From the IMG/VR virus record IMGVR_UViG_3300022745_000025, positions 7,012 to 71,011 of that record: DNA of 64,000 nucleotides; one strand, written 5' to 3'. The position numbers and the translations under genes are program-made. Positions 9,620-18,700 of this stretch are shown piece by piece (position 1 is the first letter of the stretch; each line of letters begins with the position of its first letter). Under the pieces are notes generated by a model, which was not told the origin of the DNA, searched no databases, and saw only the letters and a list, made by a program, of their open reading frames with translations. Origin of the DNA: a virus.

Positions 9620-10203
9620 AGATTGATCTGCGGTCATTCGATAAGGCCTCCGCCATGGTCATTCGCCGGGCGGAGGAGACACTCGTGGCGGAGTACCGTG
9701 ATGTTGCTAGAGAGATATTCTGGCGCATCCTGAATGAAACCCCGCAGTTCACGGGCAGGGCGACGGCGCACTGGCAGGTCGGGATAGACGCACCAGATCT
9801 GAGCTACCAAGACGACTCTGTGGGGAAGGTGGTCAATATGTTGACCGGCCGCCACAAGAAGAACGGTCAGTTCTACAAAGCAGATTCAGCTCTATCCAAG
9901 GGGCACCAAGATGCTGTAATGGCTGCGTGGGCGCGCAACGAGCACAAGTTTGATCTGATCAAGCGCAGATCCAAGGTATTCTTTTCCAACAACGTGCAGG
10001 GTGACACGGACGGCGGCAAGAGCAGTGAGAACTACATCACATCTCTGCAGGAGTCTGGGTACTGGGTAGAGAAGCTACGTGGCGTGAACAAGCCCTATGA
10101 AACAGTGGCTGAGACCATCATGTTGGTTCAGCTAGCCCGCTCACCGACTGGCCGAGGCCCGTTCACATTCAGAGGAAGCCGGCAGGCATTCACCAACCTA
10201 TGA
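9616..10203 (+). CDS. Tail completion/neck protein (HK97 gp10-like, putative)
   Basis: GTG start overlapping previous stop; ETPQFTGRATAHW resembles the TPVDTGxxRxxW motif. Confidence 0.5.
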   Translation: MKIDLRSFDKASAMVIRRAEETLVAEYRDVAREIFWRILNETPQFTGRATAHWQVGIDAPDLSYQDDSVGKVVNMLTGRHKKNGQFYKADSALSKGHQDAVMAAWARNEHKFDLIKRRSKVFFSNNVQGDTDGGKSSENYITSLQESGYWVEKLRGVNKPYETVAETIMLVQLARSPTGRGPFTFRGSRQAFTNL

Positions 10204-10604
10204 CCACGCAAGCCTTCCGATCTGCCGTCTTCTCCCTGCTCGATGGCCACCTGTCTGCCAACCACCCCGGCGTGTTCGTCATGTGGGAGAACGGGCCGGA
10301 GGTGGATGAAGCCTCCGTCGGCGACCTCTTTGTCGATGTTGAGCTGCGCTTCTATGGGGCGCAGCTGATTGAGGTGGGGCAGGGCGGCAGAGGTCGGCAC
10401 AGCGGGGCCATCAGTGTGGACGTCTACGCCAAGCAGGCCACCGGAACAGCCAGCGGGGATGAGATCGTCGATGGCTTGGTCTCCCTGTTGAAGTCCAAGC
10501 GGCTAGCAGGCGGCATCACCACGATGCCCCAGCGCAAAGTGCCCAACCCGGCAAAGGGCTGGCACCGAACAGGGGTCTTGGTTCCCTTCCTTCTCAACGA
10601 ATAA
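10200..10604 (+). CDS. Tail terminator protein (putative)
   Basis: 134 aa, directly before major tail gene. Confidence 0.55.
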   Translation: MTTQAFRSAVFSLLDGHLSANHPGVFVMWENGPEVDEASVGDLFVDVELRFYGAQLIEVGQGGRGRHSGAISVDVYAKQATGTASGDEIVDGLVSLLKSKRLAGGITTMPQRKVPNPAKGWHRTGVLVPFLLNE

Positions 10605-10616
10605 TTTTTTCGTATA

Positions 10617-10653
10617 GGGGGATTGCTTTTTTCGAAAAGCTCGTCCAGTCTGG
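10617..10653 (+). promoter_or_regulatory. Putative late promoter copy 3 (before tail tube)
   Basis: GGGGGA TTGCTT-17bp-CAGTCT GG. Confidence 0.75.
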
Positions 10654-10686
10654 TTTGAAACATTTTCTGCCTGATTGGAGATACCC

Positions 10687-11910
10687 ATGACCTACGCGTC
10701 CGGCGCCTTTGGCCAACTGCGCTACATCCCCGAGGTGACCCAAAACGTCACGCCCGTTGCCGGCAACGGTGTCAACTTGCGGGTCACCAATCCGACCTTG
10801 AAGGCTTCCGTCAAATCGGTCAAGTCCAACGAGATCTCTTCTACCCGCATGGTGTCCGGTTCCACCAACGTGGACATCGATGTCAGCGGCGGCTTCGACT
10901 TCGAGCTGTCTGGTAAAGAATACGACCCGTTCATCGAAGCCTCGGTGTACGGCGCATTCGCCCACTACGGCACCAATGGCCTCGGCTCCACTTTCTCCTG
11001 CACAACCACAGCTGGCAAGATCACTGCCGGCGCAGCCCCCACCGGCGGCTCCGCTTTCACCGGTCTGGCTGCCGGCTCTTGGTTCAAGCTGAACCCACCA
11101 GCAGGCGCGAGCGACACAGTGAAGACCTACTTCGCTGACAAGTGGTTCAAGGTGGCCTCTACTACCTCCACCGAGATCACTCTGGACGCAGCCACTCAGA
11201 TCAGCGGCGCTGGTTTGGGCATCACTGCTGTGGCTGGCTTCTCTGTGACTCAGTCTGTGGTGAGCAACGGCAACACTGCCAAGTTCTTCACGTTCGAGTA
11301 CGACCAGACCGACATCGCTCAGTTGCTGCAGTTCCGCGGCATGCAGACCAACTCCATGGACCTGAAGCTGGACGTTGGCTCGATCATCACCGGTTCGTTC
11401 GACTTCATGGGCATGTCTCACGGCATCACCCAGACCACGACTCTGCCCGGCAGCCCCGTGGCCAGCCAGTCTCTGGACCCCATGAACGCTGTGACCGACG
11501 TTGGCCTCGTGATGGAGAACGGCGCGAACCTATTGTCCGCAGGCTCTTTCATCAAGTCCGTCAGCCTGAACATCGCCAACAACCTGCGTGCCCAGAAGGC
11601 TGTCGGTGTGTTCGGCAACGCTGGCATCGGTTCCGGTGAGCTGGCCGTTAGCGGCTCTCTGGAGGTGTACTTCGAGGACGCCACCTACTACAGCAAGTGG
11701 CTGAACGGCACCACCACCAGCCTGGCAATCGGCATGGCCGACCAATTGGGCAACGGCTATCTGTTTGAAATGGACAAGGTCAAGTTCAAGGACGGCGGCC
11801 TGAAGCCCGGCGGCAAAGACTCCGACGTGATGTTGAGCTTGCCTTTCGACGCCTTCTACAACGCAGGCACTGGCCGCGGTATCCGCATCACACGCGCCAT
11901 CTCTGCGTAA
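10687..11910 (+). CDS. Major tail tube protein
   Basis: LRVT...L...SxEI...R and GGFDFELS pattern, VSGSLEVYF; followed by chaperone and tape measure genes. Confidence 0.8.
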   Translation: MTYASGAFGQLRYIPEVTQNVTPVAGNGVNLRVTNPTLKASVKSVKSNEISSTRMVSGSTNVDIDVSGGFDFELSGKEYDPFIEASVYGAFAHYGTNGLGSTFSCTTTAGKITAGAAPTGGSAFTGLAAGSWFKLNPPAGASDTVKTYFADKWFKVASTTSTEITLDAATQISGAGLGITAVAGFSVTQSVVSNGNTAKFFTFEYDQTDIAQLLQFRGMQTNSMDLKLDVGSIITGSFDFMGMSHGITQTTTLPGSPVASQSLDPMNAVTDVGLVMENGANLLSAGSFIKSVSLNIANNLRAQKAVGVFGNAGIGSGELAVSGSLEVYFEDATYYSKWLNGTTTSLAIGMADQLGNGYLFEMDKVKFKDGGLKPGGKDSDVMLSLPFDAFYNAGTGRGIRITRAISA

Positions 11911-11989
11911 TAAGAATCCGGGGGCCTCGATGCCCCCGATCCCTTCTCCCGTGGGTTACGGGTGATCTCCGCCAAGAAGAAGTACAACA

Positions 11990-12397
11990 ATGGACATTTT
12001 TGCCACATTCGCCACCGACGAAGCTCTCGAGACCGAGGGCAAATGGTTCAACATGGGTAAGACCACCCGTGTGAAGGTTGCCCGCTCCGGCAACCAAAAG
12101 TACGTCAAGCTGCTTCGCAAGAAGCTCGAAGAAAACAAGCTGGACCTAGAGACCATGGGCGACGACGCCAACGACTTGGCCGAGAAGGTTCTGGTTGACG
12201 TGATCGCTGACACCATCCTGCTGGACTGGGAAGACATTCAGTACCAAGGCAAGGAAATGGAGTACAGCCGTCTGAACGCACGTCTGCTCCTGCAGATCAA
12301 GGACTTCCGCAAGAAGATTGTTGGCTTCTCCGAGAGCTTTGAAGCCTACAAGATCAAGCAGGAAGAAGAACTGGGAAACGACTCTCAGACTTCCTGA
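11990..12397 (+). CDS. Tail assembly chaperone (gpG-like)
   Basis: Between tail tube and tape measure; ends just past slippery heptamer. Confidence 0.8.
   Translation: MDIFATFATDEALETEGKWFNMGKTTRVKVARSGNQKYVKLLRKKLEENKLDLETMGDDANDLAEKVLVDVIADTILLDWEDIQYQGKEMEYSRLNARLLLQIKDFRKKIVGFSESFEAYKIKQEEELGNDSQTS
12373..12379 (+). other. Programmed -1 frameshift site G GGA AAC
   Basis: X XXY YYZ heptamer in the correct phase; -1 frame open to 12738. Confidence 0.8.
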
Positions 12398-12738
12398 GCT
12401 GGCAGCTCAAGTGGGGCCCGCACCTGAAAGCCTTTCAGGCGCAGGCCAAAAAGACAGGGGTGGTTCCGCCGCCCCTTTTGCGTAGGCCCAAACTCAAGAG
12501 GGACGATCAAGACTTCTTGAGTGCCTTCTACGCCTGCAACCACAGTCGGCAGTCCGGGGGCATGGGCGGCCATAACCCCATCACCATCTCCGAGGTGAGG
12601 AATTATCTTGACGTGGTGGGGATTGACACCACGGACGAGAGGGCCAAGTATCTGAGGGTCATCCAGCTTCTCGACTCCATCTACCTGACAGATGCAGCCG
12701 AAAAGGTGAAGGCTCAACAGAAGAACAAGAAGCCCTAA
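12376..12738 (+). CDS. Frameshift extension of tail chaperone (gpGT-like)
   Basis: -1 frame reads KRLSDFLSWQLKWGPHLK...VVPPPLLRRP, continuous with track ORF 12460..12738. Confidence 0.75.
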   Translation, partial: KRLSDFLSWQLKWGPHLKAFQAQAKKTGVVPPPLLRRPKLKRDDQDFLSAFYACNHSRQSGGMGGHNPITISEVRNYLDVVGIDTTDERAKYLRVIQLLDSIYLTDAAEKVKAQQKNKKP

Positions 12739-12739
12739 T

Positions 12740-15700
12740 ATGAGCAACAGTGACTTTACCGTCAAAGGCTCCCTCGACATAGACCTCAATGATGCGGAGT
12801 CTGCGCTTAAGCAATTCAAGCGCATGCTGCAGGCCGCAGCCAATGACGACCCCCTGTCCCAGATCGGTAAGGGCGTAGATAAGAATTTCAGCCAGATCGG
12901 TTTGGGTCTGGTGGGTGTCCTTGAGAAGATGCACAAGGCTGTGCAGGCTTCCAACCAGCGGACAGTAGCTGAGGCCAAGAAGACGGGTAAGGATGTGGCC
13001 GATGCTATGGAAGCGGAGGTCGGCAAGAAGACGATCAAGGTCAAGATTGAGGGGCAGTACACCCCCTATAACGCGCAGACTGTGTTGTCTAGGGATCTGG
13101 CGAACAACCAGAAGGCCATACAGCAAGCGTACAACGCGATGTACACGGAGAGGCAAAGGCTCCAGAAAGAGATGGAGTCGGCTAGGAACTCCTCGGCCTC
13201 CAAGTTCTCCGAGGACGATACAAGAACTCTTTTCGGTCTTCCTTCACGTGATGGGATGAAATCCTTCGCTGCGCAGTTGAAGGCGCAGATGCAAGCGGAC
13301 CAAGCACAGCTCGTAAAGGACGCCAGTGAGAATCAGGCACGGATGCTTGCGTCGCTGAAGAACCAGACCAAGGCAATGTGGTCTGGCCAATCAGCCGATC
13401 AGAATGCAGCCCTGACCACCCTCAAGAACCAGTCCAAGGTGATGTGGGCTGAGCAAGCTCAGACGCAGCAAGCGGGCCTTGAGCGTCTGAAATCTCAGAG
13501 CAAGGCCATGTGGGCCGACAAGGCCAAGGAGCAGGCGGCACAGAAGGAGGCACTCCAGGACGACCTGAACTTCTACCACAACATCTTGAACCTGAAGGTC
13601 AAGGCAGAGCGCAAAGCGGCGGAAGAGATAGCGGCGGCGCAGAAGGCAGCTACAGCTTCAGCGGCCAAGGCCATGGTCAACCAATCCATGCAAGGTTTGC
13701 CACCAGACCACAAGGTTCGGATCGGGGACTATTCCGCATGGAACGCAACCGCTACTGGCAGTCAGCACGGCACGCTTCAATCGATTTACAGGCAAGCAAA
13801 GACACCTACCCCCAAGATCGAGTCAAACAGAGAGCCGAACTGGGCTGAGGTCATCACAGGTACGGGTGCTGCCGCTCGCGGCGCGTCGAGAGACGTGCAG
13901 ATGTTCAGTGGTCACATGAATGACCTCCACTCCGCCGCTCGCGGCGTGGCGTCAGGCTTTAATGCGATGTGGTTGACGTGGGGCAACATCGTCCCGCTGC
14001 TGGCCGGCGCAGGGTTCTCAAACATGCTGGTGCAGACCGCCAAACTCGGGACTGAGTTTGAGAGCGTCATCCGCGCTATGCAGAACCTGGGAGAAGTGGG
14101 CGGAACATCCATCAACCAGCTGTCCGCTGCAGCACTGCAGATGGGGTTGAACACACAGTACGGACCCATAGAGCTGGCCAAGGGGTTGAAGACGCTCACC
14201 CTCGCAGGCCTGGATGCCGGGGAAGCACTCGCTGCTCTGCCGCAGATGATGAGCTTCGCCACGGTGGCTGAGATGCCGCTCGACAAGGCGTCTGAGTCCT
14301 TGATGGGCATATCCAAAGCCTTCGGGTACACCGCCGAACGCGCTTCAGTGGCTGGGGATGTAGTAGCCAAGGCTGCAGCCGTCTCCATGTCGTCTGTATC
14401 GGATATGACAGAGGCTTTCAAGCAGGCGTCGACTGTCGCGCAGCAGTACGGCGTATCAGTGCAGGACGCGTCGGTGTCCCTTGCCTTACTGTCAAACCTC
14501 GGCATCAAGGGGGCATCCGCCGGCACCGCCGTGCGCAATATGTACAACGAGCTGATAGGGATGGGTAAGGAGGCGCGAAAGATCCTCTCAGAGAAGCTCG
14601 GAGTCAACGTGTTTGACGAGCAGGCGAAGGCCCTGAAACCCCTAGCCACAATCATGAAGGACCTGTTTGGTTCGCTGAGCAGGTACGACTTCGAGAGCCA
14701 GATACGCATGCTCACCAAGCTGGGCGGTGAGCGAGGAATGAAGACGTTCTCTGCTGACCTGATCGCTATGGCTACCGCAGCTAAAGAATCCGGCAAGGAC
14801 GTCAACTCTGTGTTCGACGAGATCAAGAAGCAGATGGAAGACGCGCCCGGTTTCACAGCCAAGGCTGCGGCAGGTATGGCCTCGTCTACAGAGAACATCA
14901 TGAAGCAAGTGCCAAGCGCCTTGCAGTCTGCACTTATTCAAACCTTCGAGGAGATGTCTCCGTACCTCGTCAACTACAGCATCCAGTTGCGGGACATGTT
15001 CAAATCCAACGAGTTCAAGGAAGGACTCGCTGCAGTCGTCAGAGGCGTAGGGGAGTTCACAGGCCTGCTTGTAGACGGTATCAAGTACCTGTACGAGCAT
15101 AGGTCCGCTGTAGTGCTGCTTATAGAGGCATACGCTGGGTTCAAGATACTGCAAGCACTTGGCGGGATGCTCGCCGGTGTAGCCGCGCAGACCTTGGCGT
15201 TCAACGCCGCGCTGGTAGCCCAGTCGCGAGCGGCGGCGGGCGCTGAAGCGTCAATGATGACGTTGAGAGCCGCACTGATAGGTGTCAACACTGCTATGGG
15301 TGTGGTCGGCCTGGTGCTCGCGGCTGGCGCCGCAGCGTGGGGTGTCTACCAGTGGGCGACGGCGGACGCCGCTGATCAGACCAAGGACAGCACTGATCGG
15401 ATTAAGGCGGCTGCCAGTGAGGCAGCCAAGGCCGAGCAAGCGCGTTTCGATGTGTCCATGGAGTCCATGCAGAAGGAGCTGGACAGGTTGGACGCCGTTC
15501 TAAAGGCTAAAGGCGACGATAAGTTGGCTGCCCAGATACTGAGGGACTCCGAGGCTGATCGAACGGTACAGCGATTGGCAGACCTGAACTTTGAGGAGAT
15601 CTCTCTCAAGCGCCTGGAGGCCGCCACAAAGCGAGCGGAGGCTGCAGAGGTTGCCCGTATCGGGGTGGGAGGCGGGAACCAGTCCAGAATTGCAAACCTC

Positions 15701-18700
15701 AACGCTGAGGCTGATGCTCTGGAAGGGGCTGCCAAGGCCATGCAGGATGACAACGATAGGCAGATTAACGCCTATCTGAAGATGTTGGACGCCATCCGCA
15801 CCAAATCCAAAGCGGTGGCCGACCTCGGCACGACCAATACGCGCCTGCCGAAGGGGTCAAACAAGTACAACCCAGACGAGGGCTCCAACAAAGGTCGCGG
15901 CCTCTCCCTCAAGCACGATAACGAGCTTCAGCAGGTTGAGAAGCGCTACGCCGACGAGTTGTCCACCATCAAGGGATTCGAACATAACGAGCAGAAGTTC
16001 CTGAAGGAGAGCCACAGCGCGAAGCTCATCAGCGACGGCCAGTTTTACGCGCAGGAGACCTTACTGGCCCAAGAGGCAGAGGCGGCGCAGCTTGCACTGA
16101 TAGCGAGGACTGAGACGGCCTACATGGAGTCTCAGTCGAGGCGCATCGAAGATCTGCAGGGGCAGCATGACAGGTACCTCGCCAGTATCAAGGGCAAGGT
16201 CAACTCGTCCGAGCTGAAGGCTAAAGCCGACGAGGACCTTACTCGCCAGATGGTTGACATCGGCAACGCTGCTGTGACCTTTTGGCAGAAGATGAACAAC
16301 GACGGCAAGTCAGTCGAAGACAACGCACTTGCACGCGTGCGATCACAGGCCATCAAGGCGGCAGGAGCGATTAAAGAGGTCGATACAGCCACAGAGAAGT
16401 TCTGGAGGGATGAGGCGAATAACCGGGCCAAGGCGGGTCGGGTGACGTCGGTGGAGGACGCCTTGCGTTATGCCACCCCAGAGTCGGCTGCGTACATCTC
16501 AGCTGCCGCAAGCGAAACAGAGAGGATCAACGACCTGTTGTATGCACAGGACGAGATCATCCGAGTGAAGACATTGTCGGTAGAGTCTGCAAGGGCGGCC
16601 GCAGCGCTGGAGGGGCAGGCCAACGATGAGTTGAATAAGCTGTACGAAGCTCAGCGCCTGGAGCTCGATAAGTTGATTGGGGCGAGAAAGACACTTGCCG
16701 GCATGCAAGGGGACATGGCCAACATCTCCGGTCAGCGCGCCCTCACCAAGTTCCGTAAAGACGAAGAGGCCGCTCTCAAGAACGGCGTCGCCGACGCCAT
16801 CGTTACCGGCCTGTTCGAGGGCGGGCAAGCAGGCAAAGGCAAGCTGCGCAACCTGATCATGGCCGAGCTGCGCAAGCCGATCACCGTGGTGGTGCAGGCC
16901 ATCGTCAACCCGGTCATGGGCGCTCTTCTGGGTAGCCTTGGACTGAGCAGCACTGCGGCGGCAGGGCAGGCGGGAGACTCCATGTTGGGCAGCGTGTCGG
17001 GCTCAGTCGGAAGCTCAGCCTTGAGCACGTCAATCTTTGGTCCTGGCGGTGTGTCGGGTTTCGCTACCAGCGTAGGCGAGGGCGTTGCCGCCACGATCTC
17101 CGGCACGAGTGGGGTACCGCTCGCCTCAGCCGGATCAACGGCATTCAACATCGGCGCATCTCTACCTTACGTCGGAGCAGCTCTCTTGGCCCTCAACGCC
17201 CTTGGCGCGTTCCGCACAACAAGGACAGTGGGCGGTGGCTTGTCGGGCACGCTGGGCTCTGGAGACATCCAGTCCTATGACCTGACTCGCACATCCGGCA
17301 CATTGTTCAGCGGTCCAGACTACAACATCTCCAACAAGCAGAAGTCGGCTTGGTCAGAGATGATCCAGAATGATTGGAAGTTGGCCCGCAACTCTATCAT
17401 CGACATGGCCAAGTCGCTGGATCTGGCCACAGACGGTGTCAAGAACTTCACAACCACACTGGGCACGGATGTCATCCACCCTGACACCGGAGGTCTTGGC
17501 ATCAAGCTCGACGACCTAGTGGGCAAGGGGTTGACGGACGCCCAGTACGCGCAGGAGGTGAAGAAGCGCATCTCCGAAGCAATCCTTGCCGGCTCGGACG
17601 CGATGGCTCAGGAGCTGATCGGATCCTGGAAGACCACTACTGAAGTCATCAAGACTCAGGTGCAAGGCATCTTCTCCGACGACTTCGTCACAACCGAAGA
17701 AGAGAAGACCGTCACCAAGCGCGAGTACGTGGTCAGTGAGTTTGCCCGCTCGAATGAAACTGCCATCGCGACGCTGACACGTCTGTCAACCAGCTTGTCC
17801 TCTTTCCGCAATGCAGCTGAACTGCTCGGCTACTCCACCAAGGTGGCAGGGCTGGCGGGCGCCAACGCGGCCAGCCAGTTCATCGACCTGTTCGGTAGCC
17901 TGCAAAACTTTGAGTCCCTGACGGCAGACTACTTCAAGAATTTCTATACGGATACCGAGCAGATTGCGCGGCAGAAGGCGATCCTTGACGGAAAGTTCAA
18001 TGACCTTGGGTTGGCCATGCCCACGACCAAGTCGGCATACCGAGCGCAAATGGACGCGGCAGTGTCATCAGGAGACCAGCAGAGGATCGCGGATCTGCTC
18101 AAGCTGGAACCAGCCCTCGCGGCCCTGTTTGACTCCCAAGACAAAGCACCCGAAAAGGCCGCCCAAGACGCGCAAAATGCTGCCGACGCCGCTCAGCAAC
18201 TGGCTGAAAAGTACCAACAGATCACCGATAAGCTGAACGAGGACGCTGCCCAGACTTCCATCGACACCCTGCGCGCTCTCGGTCAGAGCGAGCAAGTCGT
18301 CGCCCTTGAACGCCAGCAGGCCATCAAAGGCATGGACCAGTACCAGATCAGCCTGTACGACGCCAACCAAGCCAAGAAGCTGGAGTTGAAGGCCATCAAC
18401 GAAAACAAGGATCTTGAGGGTCAGTTGGCTGAGTTGATGGGCGACACAGCCTTCGCACGCAACAAGGAGTTGGCCGCACTCGAGCCCGGCAACCGTGCGC
18501 TGCAACAGCGCATCTGGGCGCTGCAGGACGAGAAGGACGCTCTCAGTGCCTTCTACTCCGCCACCGACAGTGCCGCCGAGGCGCTTCTCAGTCACGCAGA
18601 CCTGATCACGTACAAGTATGCGCGACAGGCCAAGGCACTGAGTGACGCCGGCGTGGGCACAGGCAACGTGCTGGCCGACGCCCAGACGCTGGCCTCCCTC

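Noticed and set aside
11919-11950. Terminator after the tail tube gene
   Set aside because: A 7-bp GC stem is present but has no real U-tract; it could be a stabilising or processing hairpin, so it is not called.
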